Positions 36,941 through 48,400 of a stretch of DNA of 64,000 nucleotides are shown here, piece by piece. The stretch covers positions 2,480,001-2,544,000 of the forward strand of contig JAYWIR010000013.1 of NCBI GenBank assembly GCA_036172245.1, read 5' to 3'. The notes beneath the pieces were generated by a model that saw nothing but the letters and a program-made list of their open reading frames with translations, did not search any database and was not told the DNA's origin. Within the stretch, counting starts at the first letter, position 1; the number at the start of each line of letters is the position of its first letter. Position numbers and translations under genes: made by a program. Source of the stretch: Raillietiella orientalis. Taxonomy: Eukaryota.

Positions 36941-38962
36941 GCGGACATGTTTTTTCTGCGCTCCCGAAAGTATTGCTAGGAAGGTTTTCTTTGTGTGTGT
37001 TTGATGTGTGGACATCGTTGGTGTCCGATGGTAGCGATGCCTGAGGACACCACGATGGAGGTTGGTGTGGGTAAGGCTTGCCCACTCTCACAGCCTACAG
37101 AATCAGGGGCGTTCGTCCCGGAATCGCCCTCGCCGCGCAAGGCTAGGAGCTGCAGCGCCATGGTGGCCGCGCCTAGCGCGGAAACCATGGCAGAGCAGAT
37201 GGCATACAAGTATGCTGGAAGGAAGCCTTAGCTTGTTTATTAGATAAGCCCTCTATTCGATGGCAAAGCCGCACGAGCCTTCTCAACGACGCTGCAAAAC
37301 GCCGGAATAGAAGAACAAGATCTTGACGGCCTGTCCGTTCTTAGCGGAGGTCAGGGAGACGAGGTGGTGTGCAACAACATCACCTTGGCTCAGAGCTTGA
37401 TCACCAACCCTTTGAACGTCGACGGCCGCAAGATATTACCAGTGACGAGGGAACGCTCCGTGGTGGTCCATCTCACAGCCGCATGACCAGGTCTGCAGTT
37501 AGTAAACAATTAAACAAATGCAAAGATGTGCACGCGTTGTCGGCAAAATCCACGATTTTCAATGCATTCGAAAGCCTTTTTGGGAGACAGGCCGCAATGC
37601 GTTTCACGGTAAAGCAGGATGGTGGGCTTCCCCACAAACTAGAAGTCCGAGACGAAGTAGTACACCTCTGGTACGTGCGGGAACCCCGCTTTTGTGGCTA
37701 CTGCAATGCAGTAGGGCACCTTCTTAAGAGGTTCCCGAACATTGTGTGTCATTTCTGCGAAGATAAAAGACAAGTTCGCCGCATATACCCTAAATGCTCC
37801 ACTCCGGTGCCGCCTGCTGCCAAGAAAGCGCTGGGAAAAAGGTAGAAAATTGATTGAAAGACCAAAGAGAGATACTGGCCGGCAGCAGCCGCCAGGCCCC
37901 CTTCCTCATACACAGGCGTCAGAAGAAATACCTACCGAAGACGGGGGAGTCCAGAACGGCTGGCAGCTGGTTAAGGCCAGAAAAAAGAAGGTGCTCCCCG
38001 CGAAACCCGTGAGAGCGGTGAAGAAGACGTCGGTAGAAGGAAAAAGCCTGGCAGCGCTTAAATACTCTGCGGGAGTGCACTGTGGCACTGGAGCACATAG
38101 CCGTTCCCGAGACTGCCACCCGGGGCGAGGAGCCTACCCTCGCCGTTTCCGCCGCACCCGAGGTTCGCGACGGCGAACCCTCTGTTTACACAGAGGGTGA
38201 GCCGCGCGAAATAGCGACGGTCGAAGCCGAGGACGCCGCGTTCGCGCAGGCGGCGGAGGAGCTGCCGGCAACGCTGGCCGAGCGTGAGAACCTATCGCGT
38301 AAGTCCGTGCGAAGGCCGGCTCCAGCAAAGAAGGCCCCCGCAAGTGAGTGCGACCTGGAGGCCGGAAGTTCATCCTCCTTCGCGGAGGCGCGCCATAGCC
38401 AGTCGGGACGCAAATCTCAGATCCCAGGAGGCGCCTCCCCTCCACCAGCTAGGAGGAGAAGCAGGAAGGTAGCAGAAGCGTGGGAATCCCGAAAAGGGAA
38501 CTCTCACACTCGGAAGCCGTCGAGCCGTCCACCCTTATTGAGGAGGGTATGCAGACGGGTAAAGTCCTCCCCGCAGTCCCCGACTCTGAACAGCCCGCCC
38601 CCATGGAGAAGGGCAAAAAGGTAGGCGCGACTCCCCCAGCGGTTGACCCGCTCGACGCGGCGTTACCCATGGAGAAGGCGCATCAGGTGTCTTCAACACC
38701 TGACCTTCCTTCTCCACCTAGTGTCCCGCACCAGCAGTGGGCTGACGCCGCACTGCCCCTTTCCTAAAAATAGTACCTGGACTCGCCAGTCGCCGTCGGA
38801 TTCGCGCAGCCTATTGGAATGTCAACGGGCTGAGCGACGACGGTAACAGGCGAAATACGGTTCACAATCTGCGTCACTTCGATTTGCCGCTCCTGCATAA
38901 GATACACGTGATCACCGTTGAGAACGCCCAGGAGATAGAGTCGATCGCGGTGGATCGGCTGT
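36941..38962 (+). mobile_element. LINE copy B'3 (B-related; subfamily assignment inferred), 5' portion, antisense in B'2 at FGEG; cut by E'1
   Basis: 5' gcggacatgttttttt. ORF1 remnants (MPEDTTMEVG.., CGYCNAVGHL). APE start at 38771-38962. Confidence 0.85.
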
Positions 38963-41045
38963 TTATCACCCAAGTGCGCCGGGGCGTTTATTAAGAAATT
39001 ATCCGGGAACAGAGTTCGTAAACAAAGGAAAAACCAGAGACGAAGGGGATGGAATCCCCGACACGCAATTCAATATGCCGAAAGTCCGAAATGGAAGGGA
39101 AAGGGCCACATCTACACTACTGTGAAAAAATAAAAATATGGAGGGCAAGGGACAGGGGACTTTGGTAACGCCTTTCCTTCCTTTCAGAACCGGCGATGGA
39201 TGCCGGCGAACTCTCTTCTTTCGTCCTCTGGCAGATAGGCTCACTCGGCAGCCAACGATATGCTTGCGCTGACTAATCCGAAGAGCTTACGAAGGATGTC
39301 CAGCTTCTACAACTCTCGGTGGGCCTTGTCGATGGCGCGGGTGCAAAACACGGTTGCAACGACAGCACCCAAACACAGGCCGCCTGGCGTGAAGAAGTGG
39401 CGCATCAAGTCCCTCGCGGTATCCCCCTGGTGCGGGAGAGCTGAGGCCAGCCTCCACCAAAGTCCTAGGAGGGCACTGCAGTCCAGGCTCAGGTGCGGGA
39501 GCGTTAACACTTCCACGCACCGCTTGCAGTTTGGAGAGACAACCCCCCGGAAACACGGTTCGTCCGCTGGTTGGAGTGAAAACTTCAATGCACCAGAACT
39601 ATGACTTCCTGCTTCTACGAAAGGAAGAACACAGAAGTGTTGAGACACGAGGGAGGGACCACAAGTTCTTCGGAGGGCACACTCAAGTGTTTCCTACATC
39701 GGAGGAGTCCATTCGAGATATGGCGAGGCGTGGCGGCGTCTGCCAGCTCGCAAGTCCTCCAGCTGCCAATGGATCGTGTTGTTGCTGCGATGGTTCAGGC
39801 GACCTCCCAACTTGCCGGTTCGTAGCCGTCATCACTTGTTCTGAGGGCTAACAGCGCTTCGACGAGGGGCTTGACGGCCAGGCGAGTCCACTTATCCTGG
39901 CTGTTGCACACCTCATCCACCTTGCAGTACAGGGAGAGGTGAGCGCAACAGAGTTCCAGGAGTGAAACGTCCTGTTGCTTTGCCCAGCCATGCAACGGTT
40001 CCTGCCGCCAGGATTAGAAGTTCGTTGGGCGGCAGGAGATCCATGTGTGGGCTGCCAGGAGCCGATAGAGTGGTTTCAACGGGAAACCGAAGCTATTCGT
40101 GGAGCGCTCTGTTTGCGGACGCAGCGACAGAAGTCCGTCGCTGCCGCTGCAGCGCCGCAGGAGCTGGCGCGCAGGAGCGCACCACGGAGTGGACCAAAGG
40201 TTGGCGCACAAGACCAACATTCGAAGCTGCACCTGCAGCTCGATTCTCTCCAGCGTCAGGATGCCTAAGCCAGCATCCCCACGCGGAGCTGCCAAGTCTT
40301 TGAGGCGGATCCTGGACCTCGCAGATCAATACAGAGCATTCCTCAACAGGCTGTGTGCAAAAAGCTTGCCTGAGTAGAAAAGCGGGCAAACAAAGAGCAG
40401 AGGGCGCAAAAGCAGGCCAACGAAGGTGTTCCATATGGCATCCCGCTACGGCAGGACGAACCTGCAGAAAAGTAACGGGCTCAGAGGACTCGTAGCCTTC
40501 CGAAGACAGTCCGATCACACTTCCACACTGCTGATATTCCTCAGCGGGACGCCCACATATTGGATGTGCGAAGCGGGCAGTATCCCCAGGCGGATCCAGC
40601 CGGACTGCCCTTCTCACGCCGCACCAATAGGAACGACCACGCTCTTTCTCCGTTTTATGCTCATTCCCGCTCTCCGGCAAACCAGCTCGAAGAAATTCTC
40701 AAGAATGGACGCCGGGGTGGTCATGGGTAAATGGAGAAGCTGGTCTTCAGCGTAGACCGCCACCGACGGCGTTTCTGGAGAAGAGCTCGGCAGGTTGGCC
40801 AGCCGCAGCCTGAACGCCCTCAGCACCAACTCAAAGAAGATGCTAAAGTGCAACGGGCTCAAGCTGTCGCCCTGCCTGATGCCCCGCCGCACAGGCACGC
40901 CGTACACGTGTCAGCCGCTGAAAAAGATAAAAATGAGCGCGTGGCGCCAGCAAGTTCGCAAATAGGCCTCGAGGTGTTCTGGGAGACCGAGGCGTTCCGG
41001 GAGCTCCAGAAGGAGATCCTCATTCCCGCAGCCGGACGCTTTATA
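38963..41045 (-). mobile_element. LINE copy E'1, 3' half, antisense in B'3 APE at GGRL; cut by A3 at a degenerate KAFD
   Basis: RT remnants (GIRQGDSLSP, YAED) in 40614-40907. Zinc finger in 39307-39648. 3' end aataaacgccccggcgcacttgggtgataa. Confidence 0.88.
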
Positions 41046-41050
41046 CGCTC

Positions 41051-42410
41051 GAGGGCGGAAGTGTTTTCTCGGTTCTCCTCGTGCCAGAAAGTCTTCCCTA
41101 AAGCAAGCATCGTGTGGTTCGTTGGTCGATCTGGCAGTGATGCCTGACGTGTACACCAGAGGTGGCCAGGGCGCAGCGGTAACGCCGCCCCCAGAGGCGA
41201 TGGAGGAGGGGCATCCGCCCCCCCTCCATCGCCTCTGGGGAATCAATCATCGCTGCAGCGCGAACGTGGAGCGCCGTTGTGTCGGCGCCATCGCGTGCAG
41301 CCGCGGCAAATTGTCGGCATATGTAGAGGAGGGGCACAACCCCTCATTGTTCTAGAAGGTAGGCAATTTATATTCTTCAGAGAGCGCGCGCGCCTTCTCG
41401 AAGGGCATGCGCGCTCTCGATGTGAAAGAGGAGGAAATCAACGCTATGACAAACCGCAGCGGGGGTCAGTACGTTGTGGTCATCTGCAAACAAGCAGAGC
41501 TGGCCCAACGACTACTCAAAATAACCGTGATGTTGGGGACGCGCAGGCTCCTCCCCATTACGGCGGAACGCAGCATGGTGGTCCACCTATTAGGCGTCAC
41601 CGAGCGGATGCGGAAAGAACAGGTTCGCGCAGAGTTGGAAGAGTATGGAACGGTCAACGCGCAGTGGTCGAAGGTTAGTACATTTAAGGACTACACGACG
41701 GTGCAACATCGCTTCACGGCTGCACGCGTGACTGTTCGGGACGGCTGCACTCTCCCCCACAATCTGGTGGTCGATGGCGAAACCGTCGATCTATGGTATG
41801 TGGGGAAGCCGAAATACTGCGGCTACTGCAATACGTCTGGCCATCTCATAAACGAATCCCAACATGAAGTGCCAAGTATGGGGAACAATGCGTCACACGA
41901 GGGAGGAGTGCCCAAAAGCAGCAGTGCGGTTGGTTTCCAAGAGAGACCGTAAAAAACGCGCCTGATTGCTATAAAAAAGGCTGGCGACGAAACCTCCGCG
42001 AAGGCTGTGCCACCCGCGCCCAAGACCCAGGCCGCACCCGAAACCCCGGCGACCAACGCCGAAAAAGTTGAGGGAGCCAGCCAGGAGACTGGGTGGCAAG
42101 TGGCAACGGCCAAAAAATCAAAGGAGAGGAGGATGGAAAAGAAAGTCGCCTACCAACAGAAGAAGAAAGAGCAGGGTAGCGCGATAATTGAAGAGTGCAA
42201 CGTTGTCGTCGAACGCGTGCTCGATGTTACCCAGCGCTGCTAGAAAGAACTCACCGCGACCGACGACCTCCCCTCTGTTGACTCTGTCAACAGCAAGGGG
42301 AGCGAGCCGGCGGCGGCGTCAGTCACCGACAGCACCAACGATGACGTAGCCTTCGCAAGAGAAGCGGAGGTGCTGGCTGTCTCGTTCCAGCCCCCCCCTT
42401 CCGCGGCCAG
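41051..42410 (+). mobile_element. LINE copy A3, 5' portion (ORF1), cut by B2
   Basis: 5' gcggaagtgttttc at 41055. ORF1 homologous to A2 (MRALDVKEEE.., CGYCNTSGHL). Confidence 0.9.
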
Positions 42411-45400
42411 TTGGAGGACGTGTTTTCCCTTCACTCCTCAAAGGGTAGTAGGAAAGCGCTTTCTTGTGTGTGGTGTTTAGTGTACATCGTCGGTGTCCAA
42501 TGGCCACGACGCCAGAGGACACCGCGATGGAGGTGGGAGTGGGGGAGGCTAGTTCGCCCCCACAGCCTACTGGAGCAGGGGCAGCCGCCCCGGAATCATC
42601 CCCGGAAACGCCGAGGACATGGAGCGCCATGGTGGCAGCGTCCAGCGCGGAAGCCATGGCAAAGATGGCCGCATACAAGGCCTGCGGGTACAATTCTTTG
42701 CTCGTGTACCAGGTAGGTAACTTGTTTGACGGCATGATTGCACGCGCATTTAGATGGGCGCTGCAGAAGGCGAATATACTAGAAAAGGATCTTGACGGCC
42801 TCTCTGTCCTCAGCGGCGGGCAGCGGGTCGAGGTGGTGTGTAAGGACGTTACCTTGGCTCACCGCCTAATCCATGTGCCGCTGAACGTAGACGGCCGCAA
42901 GATCCTGCCAGTATCCATGGACCGCTCCGTGGTGGTCCACATGACTGGCATCACCAGCCGCATGACGCGGTCAGCGGTTGTTGAGGAATTAAGAAACTAC
43001 GGTGAGGTGCACGCACTGTGGCCGAAACCCTCCATTTTCGACGGCTTCGATAGCCTTTTTGGTGGGCAGACTGCAGCGCGGGTCACCGTACGGGAGAATT
43101 GTGGGCTTCCCCACAAACTACAGGTGGCGCAAGAAAACGTCGACCTGTGGTATGTAGGGAAGCCCCGGTATTGCGGGCATTGTGATACCGTGGGACACCT
43201 ACGTAAAAGGTGTCCCAATATACAATGCCATTTGTGCGGGGAGCGGGGCCACGTTCGGCGCGTGTGCCCTACACGCCCCACCCCGGTTCCCCCTCCGCGA
43301 AAAAAGCGCAGGGGAAACGCGCTTCAAAGGTCTCTAGACCTAAAGTGGAAAAGGGCCAGCACAAGCTGCCAACACCTCAACCTCTGGCGCGTAAGCCGAA
43401 GGATAAACCTTCTGAAACGGTGGAAGGCGAAGAGGGATGGCAGCTTGTAGAGGCCAGAAAACCAAGGAAACTCCCATCCGCGGACAGCAAAGAGCGCAAG
43501 ACGGCCGGAAAGCCGAAAAAACCCGGTCCGCGCTCGAAAACTCTGCGCGTGTGCACGGTGGCACTCGAACGAATCGTCGTTCCCGAGATTGCCACCAGGA
43601 GCGTCGATCCTCCCCTTGCCGTTTCCGCTGCGCCCGAGGCTCGCAACGGCGAACCCTCTGTTTACACAGAGGGTGAGCCGCGCGACATAGCGGCGGTCGA
43701 AGCCGCGGACGCCGCGTTCGCGCAGGCGGCGGAGGAGCTCGCGGTCACGCTGGCTGAGCGTGAGAACCCCTCGCGCAAGGCCGTGCGAAGGCCGGCTCCG
43801 GCGAGGAAGGCCCCCAAAGGTGAGTTAGACCTGGGGGCCGGAAGCACATCATCCTCCTCGGAGGCACCCCCCAGGAAGTCGGGACGCAAGTCCCAGAAAC
43901 CCTGGAGGCGCCTCCCCTCCACCAGCGAGGAGGAGAAGACGGAAGCCGTCGCCAGCGAGGGAAATTCGGAGGAGGAATTCCCACGCTCGAAAACCGTCGA
44001 TCCCGCCACCCCCATGGAGGAGGGTGAACAGGGGGGTTAAGTCCCCCCTGCGGCGCCGACCATGAAAAGCCCGCCCCCATGGAGGAGGGCGAACAGGTAG
44101 GCGCGACTCCACCTGCGGGTGATCCGGCCGACGCGCCGGCACCGATGGAGGAGGGGGACCAGGTGCCTTCAGCACCTGACCCCCCTCCTCCACATAGCGT
44201 CCCGCCCCAGCAGGTGGCGGACGCCGAACTGCCATCTTCCCAGGAGTAACACTTGGGCTCGCCAGTCGCCGTCGGATTCGCGCGGCCTGTTGGAATGTCA
44301 ACGGGCTGCGCGACGACGGTAACCGGCGAGATACAGCCGACACCCTGCGGGAGTTCGACCTGGCCCTGTTGCAGGAGATCCACGTGATCACCGCGGCAGA
44401 CGTCCAGAAGATCGAGACGATCGCGTGGGGTCGGCTGTACTGGCAATGCGGCATCCGCAACACCTGCGAGGTCGCGTTCTTCGTGAAGCCGGCCATCGAC
44501 GCTGCCGTGAAGGGCGTGCGCTTCGATGACGACGGTCGGGTCGGTCAGCTGACTCTCGGCTGGTCCGACTCGATCGATCTGATCGTCACGAATGTGTACG
44601 CCCCAACCGGTCAAAAGCAATACAGCAACCGTACCAGACTGCTTGAATCCCTGAAGCGCGACTGGCTGGCGAACACGAGCGTGCGGAAGGCTCACCTGAT
44701 AGCGGGAGATTTCAATCGATTGCGGACGTGTTTTTCTTCGCTCTCGTCTCCGTGCTTTCATCCGCTCCATCTTGGAGTCGTACATTTTGACGACGATGTC
44801 GACCCAACTTGAAGCTACTGAAGTTGGAGGAACAGCATCCGGATCTGCAATCGCGGAACCGACGGCCGCCTCCACTTCGTCTTTCTCGCCAATGAAGAGG
44901 AGTTTTGCTGACGTTGCTGCCACAGCAGCCGTCAAAGGGAAACCACTCGACGAGTCGGAGTTGCGGGCATACGTAGCCCAAGGCTATAGACCTGCTCTCC
45001 GATATAAGGTGAGTGGTTTTCTTTCTGCGCGCGACGGGAATCAGTTCAACGATGAACTGACCTGTGTTGGCGTGCGGGAGGAGGACCTTCTCGCCATTAT
45101 GCCCGTAAAAGACATGGGCTATTTCAAGGTGCGTTGCAAAGACGCTGCACTTGTGCAACGCTTGCTGCGCACACCGTTGTCGATCCGTGGCCAGAAGGTA
45201 TTCCCGGCCGCCATGGAAGACTCATTTGTGGTAGAGATTTTCGACATCGAGTCGGAAATCTCCGATACTGATATTCAGAACGCGTTGGCGAAATTCGCCA
45301 CGGTCCATGCGCTGTGGAGTGTGCGTAGCAACCTCAAGGACTTCCCGTCTATACACAGCGGAGTCGCTGGAGTCCGGCTTACAATGCCGGACCGCCGTCT

Positions 45401-48400
45401 GCTGCCCACCAAACTACAGGTGAAAGACACGGTCGTTCACCTGTGGTTCGTGGGCAAAGTAAGAACGTGCGAGCAATGCGGGAAGGAGGGACATTGTTTG
45501 GATAAATGCCCCTCTGGAAAATGCCGTTATTGCAAACTATCCGGGCACCAATTGAAAAATTGCCCGGATCTTTTGCGAAAAAAGGCAGCCGCGGAGCTTC
45601 ATTTTAAAAAAACAAAGCGCGGATGAAAACAAAAAATCTGCGAAAAACCTGGAGACCCCACGGCAGAAATTCGGTAAAAACGCGAGGCGGAATGTCGCCC
45701 CAAAGCAGCAGGAAACCTCGCACGCGAAGCCCTGCGCGCCCCCTCTCGCGGCAGGGGAGCCGCAAAAGAAAGGGTGCGGGGAATCCGGGGCAATGGTAAG
45801 TCCCCCTAGGCGCAATAGCTGTCCTTCCCAAGCACGCCCGGCTCTCTCAGAGTTCGAGCAACCGGCGGGGACGCCAATGGACAACGGCGGTAAGGACACT
45901 TCCAGTACCGTCAGATCCATTCCTTCACCTCCTGCAGTGGCTGAGAAGCCCAAATCGGGTAAGAAGGGTTGTGCCGTGTCGACTTCGAAAGTCGGCAAAA
46001 AAAAATCCGCGTCGCGATCCAACACCGCGAAAGCGGAGAAAAATCTCACTCCGTCGCAGTCGGAGAGCAAGCTCTCGACTGGCGCGGATGCCATGCCAAC
46101 GAAGGGATTAAAAGCCCTTCCGAAAGCAGCGTCCATGACGAGCGTATCGGAGCCATCGAAAGTGCTCCCGTCCAAAGACGCGGATGGCTTCAAAGATGGC
46201 AATGGAGCACAATCTCCATTTACGGCGCCACGCGAAGTGAGGAACCGTAATAAAGTAAAGAAGACTTCAGCAAAGGTCCCTCGTGCAACTGCGCGTGAGC
46301 ACGCTGAAAACGCGCGCGCCGGGAAAGCAGCCGTCACCAAAAGCGATGCTCTGGTGACGGAAAACGAAAACAGGACAGCTGTCAATCCAGCAGAACCTGT
46401 CACTGCTTCGCGGACGGCCGAAACCCGATCGAACATGCGCCGGTCGGACTCCGAAATGGATGCCGTTCCGATCACCGAGACGAGGACAACTCGTTCGAAA
46501 GCGTGTGCGCGCCGATCAAAAGTAGGCAGCCAGGCAACGCTAGCCGCGAAGCAACGCGAAGTCTCCACAAAACCCGACGGGGTTCAGCCTGGCGTGGAGG
46601 CATTACATGCATGCAGCACGACAGAGGACGGTGGCGACCGTCCCCTCAGGCCAGTCGTGCTGCTCGCCGTCTGCTCGCCGGATAAAGCGAGCAAAAAGCT
46701 GCCACATTCCCAGCAGTAATGCGGGGAATCGCGTCTTCTCGTCGTCTGTCCGTAACGTGTTGGAACGTGAACGGACTGCAGAACGACGAGAAGAGGCGAT
46801 TAGTAGCCAACGCCCTGCGCCCCTTCGAACTCGCGCTGCTGCAGGAGATTAACGTAATCTCCGACGAGCACGCAGCCGAAATCGAGGAGCGCGCAGGCGG
46901 AACGCTACATTGGCTGTGCGGCGGCGCACACACGTGCGGCGTCGCGTTCCTCGTATGAGGAAAAATGGCGGAAGCGGTGCGTAGTGTTCGTTTCGATGAC
47001 AACGGACGGATAGGCCAGATTGTCATCAAGTGGTCCGAGTCCATCGATCTCGTCGTTACGAACGTCTACGCGCCGAGTGGCTCTCGCTACCTCGAAGAAA
47101 GAGTAGCTTTCTTTGGTGAGGTGCAGAGCCAGTGGCTCAACAACTCCGGCTTCCAAGTGGCGCATCTCGTCGCTGGGGACTTCAACGTCCGCCTGCTCTC
47201 CGACGATTGGAGCCGCCCGAGGGAGCGCGCGCTGCCCATCGAGATGTGCGCGTCCGTGCACGCCGCCAACTTGATGGTCAGCGAACCTGGAATGCAAAGA
47301 TCGCTCGATCCCGTTTTCCTCGATGAAAACCTGCATTCGCGTGTGGGTAGGAGAGGAAGATTGTTGACTGAGCTTTCTGACCACCACAGGTTGGAGCTTG
47401 AGATCCTTCCGCCAGGCAGGGGGCCTCCGTTGCAAAGCTGGAGGATGCAGGCGGATTGGCTTAGCCAACCGGAGGCTGCGGAGCATCTACGTGGATACCT
47501 CCGCGGCTTTGCCATTCAAGAACTTGCGGACTGGGACGATCTCAAAAGATCTGTCCGCGAGTTCTGTTGCCAATTCCCCTTGCACCGGCTTCCACGCGGT
47601 TTCGGAGAGGGCGTGGCCAACAGTAGAGACTTTCTGCAGGCCTGCACGTTTTCGAGACGCGCGGATGTCGGGCGTCTCGCAGAGTACAAGGCGAGGGCCG
47701 AGCGCCAGGTCTGGCAGTCCGGAGCAGCATGCCTGTTGGACGACAAGGGCCAGAAATGTTCGGCCCCAGCCGAAGTACGTCGCATTGTGAGACGCTACTA
47801 CTCCTCGCTCTACGCGGAATCTTCGACGGAGGATATTCTTTCTGAGATACTCCTGTCTCAGGATGCTCGTGTTGTCGGCGAGGAGGAACGCGAACGTCTC
47901 GACGAGCCCTTCACGGCGGATGAAATTTCGTCCGCAATCGCTGGGCTGAAGAGACGAAAGGCGCAGGCGAGGATGGGCTCCCTGCAGAGTTTTATCATTG
48001 CTTTGCAGTGGAGCTCATTCCCTTGATGCCGAAATTCGCGACGCTGATGAGTGTTCCGTTGGGCGCTTTCGGCGCAGCCGAAGCGTGGGCGGACTGTCTT
48101 CAGAAAGCAGAGTTGGCCATCTGCCCGTTCTTTAACGGCAAGTTTACCTTGCAGGAACGGGCGACTATTTGGAACACCTTTGTGGCCCCCCTCCTCCGTC
48201 CCCTGTTTTTTGTTTTGGACTTCCTCTATGCAGCAAAACAGCGGGCTAAGCGCCTGCTTAGGAACGCTCTCTGGGGTCCGGCGAGATCCAGGATCCGCCT
48301 TAAAGATTTGTCAGCTCCGCGTCGGGATGCTGGTTTGGGTATCCTGACAATGGAGCGAATCGGACTGCAGGTGCAGTTCCGACTGCTGGCACTGTGTGCA

